Made by a program: the position numbers and the translations under genes. The notes under the pieces were generated by a model. That model had not been told where the DNA came from and ran no database searches. It saw only the letters and a list, made by a program, of their open reading frames with translations. DNA of 63,127 nucleotides, counting the filler, from Sphacelaria rigidula (Eukaryota): NCBI GenBank assembly GCA_964200075.2. It is 11 parts of 11 records of this genome, joined end to end, with 100 filler letters (N's around TTAATTAATTAA, not from the genome) between each part and the next. Parts side by side here need not be neighbours in the genome. Positions count along the whole stretch, not along the records: positions 45,987 to 51,633 come from CAXNAA020025577.1; positions 51,734 to 57,380 come from CAXNAA020025578.1; positions 57,481 to 63,127 come from CAXNAA020025579.1; 8 more parts are not named here. One strand, 5' to 3'. Of the stretch, positions 51,285 to 63,127 are shown piece after piece. Within the stretch, counting starts at the first letter, position 1. Each line of letters starts with the position of its first letter.

Positions 51285-51623
51285 TGATATGTGGTACGAG
51301 GTTTCCCTTCGGGACGTGGGTACGGGCCTCCCGGGGGTGACGCAAGTCGAAAATATGTATTTTGTCAAGTTTTCCACGATCTGATTTGATTGATTGATTG
51401 ATTTATTTATTTATTGTCGCACATCAACTGACCCCCCAGGGGTCCAGTCGTGGTCTCAGGATAGACGTACGTACCCAAGAAAAACGAGACTGAAACACGC
51501 TCTGAAGAAAACAAAATCTTGAAGAGGATTTTGTGGTTCGGGATCGACACCGCGCGAAAAAGGGCCAGTGCGAGCGACTTTCGGTGGCTAGAACACGCGC
51601 CACAGGTATCAGATGGCGCCCAA
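51285..51623 (+). mobile_element. Possible LTR (TGATA...TATCA) followed by a PBS-like TGGCGCCCAA at the contig end
   Basis: TATCA at 51607-51611, then TGGCGCCCAA at 51614-51623; 5' boundary tentative. Confidence 0.35.
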
Positions 51624-51857
51624 ACCCGAACGGNNNNNNNNNNNNNNNNNNNNNNNNNNNNNNNNNNNNNNNNNNNNTTAATTAATTAANNNNNNNNNNN
51701 NNNNNNNNNNNNNNNNNNNNNNNNNNNNNNNNNTCGAATCCCGGCATGATCGATTGTGGAAGGAATGAGTTTGACATGTGGACAGTGAGGCTTGCGAGGG
51801 GCAAGAGGCCCCGGAGATCCCTGATGTGTCATGCCGGGATGGACCACGCAGCATATC

Positions 51858-51943
51858 TTTTGTTCAGGAAGCGAACAGTTTATCCATTGAACCAGTGAGC
51901 GCTCACTGGTTCAATGGATAAACTGTTCGCTTCTTGAACAAAA
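51858..51943. repeat. 86-bp loopless palindrome in GST intron 1
   Basis: 43-bp arms with one mismatch, centred on AGC|GCT at 51900/51901. Confidence 0.97.
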
Positions 51944-52252
51944 ATGACCCTGCCCTCGGAATAATTGTGGATGAAACTCTCGCGTTCTCCAGCACCATGA
52001 ACCAGTAGGTACGTAAAGCTGCCCCTGATTGCCTATATTTCGAGCAACAACTCAAGACCGGTCTCGACATCTGCGACGGACGGATGTGCGGGGTACTGCT
52101 GGATACTACATACATATATATAGTCACGCCGCAGAGACAACGATTGCGACAAGTCAAGCACGCGGTGTATACATACATTCTACTCCCTGCACGAGCCATC
52201 ACCATCGACCGCAAGGACTTACGCTGAGTGGAAGGGCGTATACTGTACTCAC

Positions 52253-52391
52253 TGGGCTTGATAGCAGGAAACTTGTCGAACTGGATCCTCTTGTCCTCCC
52301 AGGCGCGACCGGACATGGCGAGACAGAGGCGTACGGGCTCGCCAACAGCATCGACATCGAAGTATGTAAGAGTCATCTTGTTCGGCGCCAT
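52253..52391 (-). CDS. Glutathione S-transferase (sigma-like), exon 1; remaining exons are not in this contig
   Basis: MAPNKMTLTYFDVDAVGEPVRLCLAMSGRAWEDKRI has the GST N-domain LTYF, E.vRL and EDKR motifs; GTGAGT donor in phase 1. Confidence 0.9.
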
Positions 52392-53899
52392 GGTTCAGGT
52401 TGTAGTGTATTTCGTGTGGTGGAGCAATAGAAGATCAGGGAGGTGGTGCTGATGTGGTTGTGTGAGAGTTGGGGTTCGGAGCTAGGCGCAGAGAAGGAGC
52501 AAAGCGGCGAGTGTGGACGGGAGATATCGTGGGCCAAGCGGGAGAAAACTGCGGGCGTATGCGGGTGGTTTCACATTTGAAAAAAGGTACCAGATATACC
52601 TTTTTCATGATCAGGGATCCTCTCCACGCGAATTCGCGTGTAATTTTCGCGCTCAACAGCAGTGCTGGTGTATACTACAGTGAGTTATATCGACATGATT
52701 CAACGTGTCTCATCGTGGGCGGGCCGAGACACAATCGTGATACTTGTAGCAAAGACTTATGGTGGTTCGATTGCGATGTATGAGGCATCTATCTCTTCTT
52801 ATGGTGTTGCAGATTGGTTGTTTGCTGTGCTGCCGCAAAATTGAAAGTGCATCTTCCCTACTATACCTGCACATCACTACAGAAGTATGCAGGTAGTAGT
52901 TTAATAGTTGATATAACCACCACACAACACCGTCATGCAGGAGCACGTCACATATATACCCGCATACTGTGAAGGGATTTGCGACACCATTCTAGAAATA
53001 TAGCAGGAGGGGATGACTGAGCATCAAGACTGTACTATCGCAACATGCTAAGAGACTCGGTGTGTCAGGTGGTCGCTGCGCGCAGGTATGATGGATACGC
53101 TTGGCAAACTCCTGTTCACAAAAGAGATTAGTTGGTCCACGATCTCGAGGAAAGCCAAACACCGCCTTTTGACTGCAGTGTAGTGGTAGGTGTGTATACC
53201 GATATTGTCGAGAAATCATCGGTGCGCTTGGCTGCTGTAAACGAGCAGCTGGCATAGCGTACAATAGTTTGTAACAGTAGTATAGGACAAGCCACTCGTT
53301 CAGTAGACGGCAGGTACGATACATTGGTTGACAGACCTACCGACGGTATGTATATATGCAAAATAGACCTAACCAATTGTCATGCACTACAGCCAGTAGC
53401 GCAAACTAATGCCATGTTCCACTGGAGTGGAATACGATGGACCTGCCACCACGCACGAAGACCACTACGACACATTCCGCGGGACAAGTGACAACACTTT
53501 CTGACTAAGTTTCCCCGGCACTATCTAGGGTCTCTAATGGCGGTCTTTCATACCGACTCCCGTCTGAATCCTTTCCACACAGCGTGACAGTTGCGTTGAC
53601 TCACCCCTCAGCTATTCGCTTGGACCTGAACTTGGTCCGCCGGAAGTGAGCACAAATCTGACGTGTGGAAATACCAACCGCCCGTCCCCGAGGCAGCGGC
53701 TTCCCTCAGCGACCGCACTCACAGGCAGTACTAAACTTCCTACGATTGGTTCAAGTGTCGTTGGTCCGAAATTGACCACTTCGGGTCATACGACATCCAC
53801 CCCACTCGATCGCGCTCGTTCCTCGCGTTCTTTGCACCACGCGAAGTTACCCCTGAATGGTTCTCACGATAACGACTCCAATTTTACATTCTGCCATGA

Positions 53900-56790
53900 C
53901 TTCTCAACCAAGCTTGCCAGCGGGCAGTCCACAAATTCCGGCAAAGCATGCCCCGATGCTGACACCATCCCCCAACTGGATACAGTTGTGGTTTCCGAAA
54001 ATACTTTGAAAAGTTCCCCGCCCATTGTCACGGCGAGGGAGGAAGCCCCGAGCAATGTTACGGTAGGGGTGCACTTTTTGCGCGAAATCTTGTCTGGTTC
54101 GGGGGCTCCCAACGATTCAAGATGCCCTAGAATATGGGTCGGGACACCCCCCTTTGCAAACTAATTCGGGACAACATCCCTACGACATTGGACTAGTCAT
54201 CCTGGCGTACCCTCACTCATTTCATTACTCTTGTTTTGGATGAGATAAAGGGCTCCTCACAATTCTAACCTCAAAAAGTATTTGTGCACCCCTACCGTAT
54301 AGCATTACTCCCCCGTCAACATGCCCCCAAAGAAGCGCGCGCACTAACACATACATATCTCTCGAGTGGAAAACCTCGACCTCATTCTCTCCAAAATGCG
54401 ACGGCTTTGTGCTCGACGGCTTCAACAGGCATCACCGAAGACTCTAAATCGGATATTTATGACGTCACCGCCTCCTCAATTGACGACCCTACAGTAGCAT
54501 CAAACAGCATGGATCCACTTTGGACTCTGATCCCTGTCGTCCTCGCTCTAAGTCGGTCATCTGTGAAAACGCTCATGACCAGTCGAGCTGTGCTACACCT
54601 AGGAATCACATATCACCTACCATATCTTCTGGTGAAGTATCTGATCCACCGGCGGGTCACTCGCCGTCTGTTTTCGCTGACAGCCCTTCTGACCCCGACC
54701 TATTCACCCTGTCTGAACATGGTCCAGATCTTGGCGGTAAATTGTTCGTCGAAATGTGGTACTTTTACTACTCGCATGGCGATTCACTGTAGCCCCTACG
54801 CCACCACGTCTGCCAAGTGTGTATCCTTGTTGAAAAATGGCAGCCCACAAACATTTATTCGTGAATCAGTGTAGCAACGCATGAAACGGGTTGGCGCTGC
54901 TTCAGCCCTTTGTGAAATCATCCCCAGCCTCGTGTACGGGGCGGTTTTGGTGACTCCACCGCACCTTGATTACACACAAGTCGGTACTCTCAGTGTGCAA
55001 TTGTCCTTTCACAACATAACTCGTTCTGCCAGCCGTGCAGTCTGGACATATATTGTCCCCGACAGCACCATGAATCACGCTTACTACTTGATAGAGATAG
55101 TTACATGCGGTTTGATCGACGCATCTGCCACACGCTACCACCATCATCGCCACAGTCCGCGCCTCGAGGAGAACTCGACCTTGAGCACTTTGGTACACTT
55201 CACGGCGCCTCGGCCTACCAAAAAATGACCAAGCTACAGGAGCTACTTGACACCTACGATGCTATGGTAGTGCTGGTGTTACTCTCGCCGATGATCCTCA
55301 ATTACTTGAAGTTGCACTCGTTCGCCGAAATGGCATGCCTGCCCTTACGAGATATCACCTTGCCACAATGCTTCCTCGGGTTTGTGCGCCTGCTGGCACC
55401 GAGAATTTTGTCTCCGCAGCAAAACAACTCCTACCCCTCACGGGCCATGCTAACGTGGAACCCGGTGATGTTTTCGGCATCGCCGCCGCTCCCTTATTTC
55501 ACATTCCGCTCGAGACATGTGTAACTGAACCCTCGGCGCCCAATCCTGCGCCTCCGACAGACTGTTCCGTCAATCACGTCGATGAGCCCTATTTCGATCT
55601 ATCCTCTTCATCCCCACCACATGTTCACACTGTGGACCCTGCCCGGTCACCTTCCGACCCTCCTGATGAGGTGCTTCAACGCGTTTCACCGGAGTCTCGG
55701 GATAGTTTCTTGCGGATGTGGCACCAACTTCCACCCCGTTTGCGTGACATTAATTTTGACCTTCATGTACCCGGATGGGAACCCGCTGTCATCCACGAAT
55801 TGAGTGATGTCTTACTGAAGTGTCGAGACCGATTTTCTCGATCTAAATGGACCTTCGACGTTGCAAAACGCTGCTCTTCGATATTACACTTAAACCTGGT
55901 GTTTCGGATATTTCTTCTCGACCGTACCGGACAAACCCAATCGTTACTGAAAACGCCAATGCTCTCTCGGACGCATACTTGGGAGCAGGTTTCATCCAAC
56001 ACTCCTCCTCCCCATGGGCTTCGCCACTTGTGGTCGTCCCCAAAAGGATGGAAATATACGCATCACCGTGACATATAAGCGGCTGAACGGCGTCACTGTC
56101 GTCGGAAAAATCCCGATTACCCGCATCGATGGAGTCTTGGACTCCTTAGGTGAAGGGAAAATACCACCTTCGACCTCGCTCCTAGATTTTTTGAAAATGT
56201 TATCCACCCTGACACTGTCCCGTTGACAGCATTTTGTACGTTTTCCGGGCTTTTCGAATGATTCCGTATGCCACAAGACGCCGCCACCGCGCCGGGTTGC
56301 TTCCAATGCCTAATGCAACGCGTCACAGATGGCCTCGATTACGCCATTATGCACTTAGACGATGCTACAAGTATCGCCTTCGATGCCTCACATATTGTAC
56401 ATGTACACACTTCACGATAATTGTTTTCTCGCCTACGTACGCATGATTTGAAACTGCCCCGATCCAAAGCTCGCCTTCGGGCGACTGAATTGGATGTATT
56501 AGGGTATTCAATATCCCCAGTAGGCTTGCACCCGGATACCAACAAAGTAGGGCCAATGACTGAAATGCCGATGCCCACCAATATTTTGCGGCTTCGCTCG
56601 CTGTTGGGTGGACTCTCCTACTATCGCAGATTGCTATCAAATTCGCCCCCCTACAGATTTACTCAAGAAAGGTGCGGCGTTTATGTTCACCACTAACATG
56701 GAAATTATCGTTCGCGATTTGCTGAAACGCTCACCGAAAAACCGGTTCTCTGTTTTCCAGACTGAGATGCGCTACAAGATGGTAATCGAT
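53900..56790 (+). mobile_element. Heavily degraded Ty3/gypsy element; RT recognisable at about 55840-56790, upstream extent uncertain
   Basis: RPYRTNP, SSSPWASPLVVV, KDGNIRITVTYKRLN, LTAFCT, RMPQ..APGCFQ, HLDD, LRSLLGGLSYYRR. Confidence 0.85.
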
Positions 56791-57559
56791 TTTACTTACG
56801 CTCAAGGATTGTAACTGTACATCTGCCTGGATGCAAGGGAGATAGATATTGAGGTTGGATCATGACATACAGGAGGAGTACAAATAAGAGATTAGTTCTG
56901 AGGTATACCCGATGTAGTGCTTGCGGTACATATCTACTGGGGGCACACGCTTTCTCGCGTGGCGAAGAGATGGGATTATGACGTGTGATTTTGTATGAGC
57001 GTTTTCCCCAGGAGTGACTACCCCACTTCTTTCAGTGCGTTCGGTGTGTGTGTTTTGTGGTGTGTGTGAGGACACAGATGGGGATTTTATATTTTACATG
57101 GAGAGTATAATATACACTTCTCTACTGGGGAATTAATACATCAACGGAGGTCCCACGACCCCTTTCAAACATGGACCCTTGCGCCGAGTAGAAAATTCAG
57201 CTTCTACGCTAGCGATCGGACTAGGCTTTGCGCAGGCGACCTCAGGGTTTCCTAAAACATCAAACATTATATAAAATATCTCTATTCAAAGGGAGAGCTA
57301 AAACGGGCTATTCAACTACGAGGCATTTGACGATTCAAGAGACAACCAACTAGACTACTGACCAGTCAGCGCTGACTGGTNNNNNNNNNNNNNNNNNNNN
57401 NNNNNNNNNNNNNNNNNNNNNNNNTTAATTAATTAANNNNNNNNNNNNNNNNNNNNNNNNNNNNNNNNNNNNNNNNNNNNAGAATCGTTAGGAGCCCCTG
57501 AACCAGACAAAAATTCGCGAAAAAAGTGCACCCCTACCGTAGCATTGCTCGGAGCAAAA

Positions 57560-59060
57560 TCGAAACCATCTAGCCTTCCCGGCTCCGGAGTTTCTCTCAG
57601 TCATGACGTCCCTCCCAGCTTCGACGCTCCCGCAAGCTTCGACGCTCCCGCAAGCTTCGGCGAAGCTGGCTGCTGGAGTTGTATCGGCGGCACCACCATG
57701 ACCGGCGGCGCCTCTCAGGTGACGTCCCTTGTCCCCGCTACGTTTTTTCCCGCGTCAGCATCCGCAATGAACCGCGGGGGTGGTCGATGCCGGGTCCGAG
57801 GTAGAAGCTTCGCTCGCACTTGGGGCACGACTTTGACGGTCGGGTCCAGCGGCAGTAGCCCGGACGAAGGGATAGATGTAGTGATGCAGGTGCTGCTATA
57901 CCGTACCACATCTCACTCGGCGTTGGTTGCCTGGGTTGGACGTCGTCGCAATGTGATTCAGGGCGTCACACGCTCAATATATCGCCTCAGCCCAGAGGGG
58001 CTCCGATGGGGGCCGCTCGATATGTGGAACGAGGATGGGGGCTTGGATGCGAGCAGCAAGTGTGGCACTTTGAAGGATACCTAAAGCTGGCCGTTCAGTT
58101 CCGGACACTTCGCGTTGGTGAATTCCTGCTTGATACAGTCGTGCCTACTCATGCCTTCAAAATCACCACCGACCCCCCCCTTCCGTCATCAGACCTAACT
58201 GTCATCACTTTCGGAGGTACACCATCCGTACGTACATCAACGAAACACTTCCCGAAAGCGTCAGCGGTATCGGACTTACGCTCGAGAAAATATACGCAGG
58301 CGTACCGGGTAGAATTTTCCTTCACTATCATTATATACTTTTCCCCCAGCAATGAAGAAGTTCTCTTTGGACCGCTAAGATCAACAAAACCTCTTCCTAG
58401 CTTTTGTGAAACACAAGATTTCGTGCTGTTCGCGATTGGGTTTCTGTACATCTTTGCCATAGAACATCCTGTACATGGTTTCAAGTCACTCAGTAACTCT
58501 ATACCTAGCGAGTTTGGTGTTTCTCTCAATAGAAAGTCATTGGCATGTCCCTGTACGCAGTGACAAACGTTGGTGTCTATCCCAGTATCGCGTGAGTCAG
58601 CACTAACGGGGGCTGTCACAGGGAACGCCAGGGGAACAGGGGGGGTCGGGTCGCACTGAATCTTCAACAGACTCGGGAATCCACAAGGGAGAGGGAATGT
58701 AGTCATTGCCAGGGTCAATCCTTTTACCATACACTGAGTATCCAGATCCATCACTCCAAAACCTAAGGCGCCCATTTAGTACGGTCACTCTCTTGTCGGA
58801 GTCATCAGTCGAGAACTCTACTCCCCGTGTTTGCGCAGCCACTAGCGAGAAAAGGTTCAAAGCCGAGTCGAATACGTATGTGACCTTCTCCAACCTTACT
58901 CTTACTCCTCCAGCCGTGTTGAGGGAAACTACAGTCAACGATCCATAGCACTCAACGCCGATGAGGGTATTATTACCGATCTGGTTTTTCCCCTCTGATG
59001 GTTGCAGGTCACGGAGCAATTCAGCTCATTCAGTCATATGAAATGTTGCTCAGAGTCATC
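57560..59060 (-). mobile_element. Degraded Ty1/copia protease-integrase fragment
   Basis: DS(G)ATFHMT, NLFSL, PCTGCSMAK, FVDLSGP, VRSDDG, QEFTNAKCPELNG, LWAEA. Confidence 0.88.
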
Positions 59061-62000
59061 CTACAATAGAGGGGGAGGGGCGTACGTATTCGTTGCTTGC
59101 CTTTGTCGTTTGACCATTGACCACGCATCCCTTTCGAGACGGAGCAGGGGGGCGGGATATTTGATTGCACGAAAAAAGAGGCTCATGAGTGTGTTAGACG
59201 ACCTGCCACACTGGCGGTGCGCTTGTATTTGATTTAAAGTGGTGTCGATCGGTCTGAATGAGTGTCACGTATCTATAGCGAGCTCATTCGAGCAACCGTT
59301 GCTGCTTTCAACGACAATTTGACTTGAAATTTCGTGCAAGAAGTGGCCCAGAATACCCCCTCACCTATCGTAGGATGACTCCTGAACTAGAAGCTATCCA
59401 CAGTTTAATACCGTTATTACTGCTATTACGCTCTTTCACCGCATCCTCCTTATTTTGTTGCATACCAGTCGCCCAACACGCTATGATATCACCAGCGCAA
59501 CCTTGTCATTTCTCCGGGGCTGGAATGACGTGTGTGTGTTGGTACAGTCAAACCATCGGTGTCCTGGCTCTACGCAACGATGACACTCGTTTCGCATGTC
59601 GTCGTACTTTTTGTCTACTTTTTTGGTGCTGCTTTTCTAGTCATTTGCATCTGCTGCAGCGCAACTGGAAACACCCCTCCCACCTTCGACACCACCCTCA
59701 TCTCGCGGTACATGTGAATGTTCTGCCTGTACTGACGGTCACCCATATGCCCACTAACGTGAAATGGGTTCAGAATTGTCGGTCGCCAAGAGGTGATCGA
59801 GATTTCAGCAGCACGGCAAACACATATGCCGTAGCACCTCACGGAAGATACCCCCACCCTGACAATTATTTATCATCATGCGCCCATGCCAACTCCGCTC
59901 AACTGACCGCAAACTATAGCAACGACGGCAATGTCCTCATCTCCAACGACGATCACGCCTTCTACGGCACCGGGTTTGCTCACTGTGTGCAGCAGTCTCC
60001 ATCCCCGCCCACACGCGAATCCCAACAGTCGCCTCCACCTCGACATAAACTTCAAAAGCAACCACCGCACATTCTATACTCCTCCCCATATCCATACCCT
60101 TACAAACGATATCCACCCCAATACCCAATTCCACTCTACCCTCAACCGACCCCGACATGCCATAAATCTTATCGCGCCTGCTACTGTCATTAGTTAGGGT
60201 TGTTCAGCCGCGGCGGTAGGCCGCGTCGCCCTATCTCATCAGTTACCGGCTCGCCTTGGTCCCTACCCTGGGCCATCACTACGCTCTGCTCCTATGGCTG
60301 CGCCCTGGCTTTGCTGAGTAAGAGAGGCTTGTAGATAAAACATGAGGCTATGAAACACGTGAGTTCTTAATCAACAGTGTCACATGGATGAACCTACTTG
60401 TGATTGTTCTTGATGGATAGCTCAAGGTGTGTGTGAAGTTGCCCAGGTGGGAGCTTGGTGGGTTGGCACCATGGTATCTCCTGGCACTCATACTGAGAGA
60501 CCCCAGCCAGCACATTAGCTACTCCCTCTTTATGACAATTGGCGTTGACGGCAGGACCTTCTTCTGCTTGGTTAGGAAGTCTTTGTGCTGCTTGGCGTTG
60601 TGTTTTGCTGCTCAAGCTGTAGTGAGTAACTCGCTTTTCATTTTTCCGCGTTTTTTTGCTTGTATTTAGTGAGGCACCCCTGGTCTATTCTGATAGTCAT
60701 GGACCTCAGCCCCCTCTGGGTTCGGTTGCATTGTGCACAATGGTAGTGAAGATTGCTGTACGTTGCCCCCGCTTCGTGTATCAGTGATACGTATCTGCCC
60801 TTCCGTTGGTACACTGCTTGTAGCTGCTGAGCGATTTGCTGTAGCTGACCTTGGTCCTGTTCCCGCTTGTTTGTATCTGCGTAAGTGCCATGGTGATGCA
60901 CTTCGTTGGTTTCCCGACCATGCGCCGATTTGGCCGGAGCTGCGTCCACCTTTCGCCTCGTGCTTGTAGTCGACCGCGACTCTGCACGTGCATGTAGCCA
61001 GCCGTAACTCTGTATCATTACAGCGTGTCCACTCTGTTTTCAAACAGGGTATTGCACGCGCCATTGTGCCCTGTGCGAACTGTGTGCCCGCTGGTCATCG
61101 CTACATTTGTGGCGGTTGAAAGTTTGTTTCGACGGGATATGCTGTAGTAGAATATAGCTCATTTGCTTTGTGCCGAATTCAACCCCCCCTCTGTACCTCG
61201 GCGAGCGCCCCACATATCAGTAAATGCGCAACCCCCCCCTTCCCCCCGAGCGCCCTTCTGTATGCTGCGGTACCCCACTGCGCAGCATGGTTCTGAGGTG
61301 TGCGGAACCAAACCGTTAGTCGTGGAAACAATAGCTCCCCTGTGACAGCACACTCATCAATACCGTACGTCGCGTTGTTGACGTTGGTACGACTGATTCG
61401 AGTCGACAGTAGTTGATTTCCGTCATTCTGGGACAACGCCGCCCCCTCGATTCCCTTGTCATGGTGCATGTATTTTTGTTTTCCGTCAAGGGTACTACTA
61501 CAACTTTGCCTTCAGATGTAAGACCACAACCTTGTTGGCCTTCCAAAACAGTTGGCGGAAATAAGCCCACGACCATGATGGCCTTCCACAGAGAAATTGT
61601 GCTCTGGATGTAGGTCCACAGTTGGCTTTTCACGATGTTTGTCCACATCACTTCAGTCCGGCCTGATTGATCTTTTCCTGTAGCTACAGATGACTCCCCT
61701 CGGGAGTATTATGGTTTTAGCGACAAACCTTGCCCTCGGATGGAAGCCCACGAGTTTTGCACGACCACCCCACAATATTGGACATGACCTCAGCCCGGCC
61801 CGATTGAGTTTTTCCTTGTAGTATCAGATGGTCCCCGTCCCTTGTGATGGAGTGAGAACTGGTTCCGTAACCGCGCAGGGTTTTCTAGTGCACATGTCCC
61901 CCCTTATCAATGCAAAGTGTATTATTTTGCTGTACTACGGAAATATACTCGAGCTCGAACATTTTCTCTTGTAGAAGAGAGGCCTTCGGACACAGCCCAC

Positions 62001-63127
62001 GTGCCCCTTCCATATGCCGCTGCCCTGTCTGCTTCCCAGCACCTACCCCCTGATCTGGTCAGATATCAGATCATACCCTCCCCCAGCACCGGTTGTATCG
62101 TAAGCCTATCTTTGAGTTGCTACGACACACGGTCCGCATCCCTCGGTAATGTGGCGAGCGCCGAGCTCACCTTGGAGGATTTCAGAACCCTAATCCGATC
62201 TGGTTAGATATTCGATCGTAGCCCCCCCCCCCCCCCTTTCGCTGCATTGTAGCCCCCCACAGGTGTTGGTGCCGTGTTTCTTTGTGCTGAGTTCACCTTC
62301 TTGGTTATTCCGTTTCCCGTAACCGTAGCCACATTTCTTGTCGCTGTCGCAACCCTGCCCGTGTCACCTGAACATATAGTGTTTCTTTTTCTTCTTGTCT
62401 TTGAGGTTTGAGGCGACGCGAGGACTGTAGATTTAGTCCAGCCTCCGCATTTGGAATTTTGATGACTCGTTCTCTGGATGTGTTTGTTGTTGTTACTGCT
62501 CAACCCCCTGCCGCCGGCTAAGAGAGTTCGCCGTACGGGAGTTCTCCCTTACATCGTCTTGTTGCACGGGTCCTTGGTTACACCGTGTGCTACTGTTTAC
62601 ACCGCCCCTGTTGTAGGCCGTATTCATGCCCGACGACTGTTTTAGGTCGAGGTGAGTTACTGCATTTCGACAAATCATCTGAATGTATTCGTTGTTTGTT
62701 CCACCCCTATCCCGTAGCGCAGCCTGGTCAGCTAGCGACACGGGTGTGTTCTCTTGTGTCGTTTCGTTGCGCGTGGTCCAGTGTTCCACCGGGAATGACC
62801 ACTTCTACCGCTCTAGGTGTAGGCCGTATTTTCACCGGACGATTACTTTGAGTTGGGTATTGCGATCTGACGAATTGTTTTTCTTTTAGTTGGCACTACG
62901 GTTTCGCTCATATCACGTGATAGTTGATCCGCTGCGCTGAACGAGAAGTTCTCCCCAACGACCTTTGGCTCCTTACCCTGAGTGTCGTCTTGGAGGGGCT
63001 AGTGCCCACCCCCGCAGAGGTTTTGAATTCGCACTTCGGGCACACCTAACCTGAACATCGGCTGCATCCCGGCTTTTATCTCCCTGTTGCTGCGTAGCCC
63101 CCCCCCCCCTCCCCCCCCCCCCCCCCC

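Noticed and set aside
54047..57555. Large inverted repeat enclosing the gypsy RT
   Set aside because: The two arms are on different contigs.
59324..62900. 289-aa ORF and possible gag/protease remnants in the last contig
   Set aside because: Low complexity with only vague motifs; not enough to call.

Overview
Eukaryotic, repeat-rich DNA, most likely from a brown alga or related stramenopile (inferred from the dynein and GST exon style and the retroelement types). The window is not one locus. It is 11 contigs of 5649/5648/5647 bp in descending size order, joined by artificial 100-bp N44-TTAATTAATTAA-N44 linkers, so nothing can be inferred across the gaps. Mobile elements: four degraded Ty1/copia retrotransposons (one with its 3' LTR and PPT, one with its 5' LTR and a half-tRNAiMet PBS), three Ty3/gypsy remnants (two with a chromodomain integrase), an RTE-like LINE fragment, tRNA-like SINE heads and several non-autonomous DNA transposons. 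Host genes: six internal exons of an axonemal dynein heavy chain, exon 1 of a sigma-like glutathione S-transferase, and the 5' exons of an unidentified secreted Cys/Asp-rich protein. I found no convincing novel multi-gene system. The best leads are two different MITEs sharing RACAC...GTGTY ends and 4-bp TSDs, two consecutive GC-AG introns in dynein, an 86-bp loopless palindrome in the GST intron, a hAT-like element built from palindromic tandem repeats, and a CHHC motif in copia Gag.
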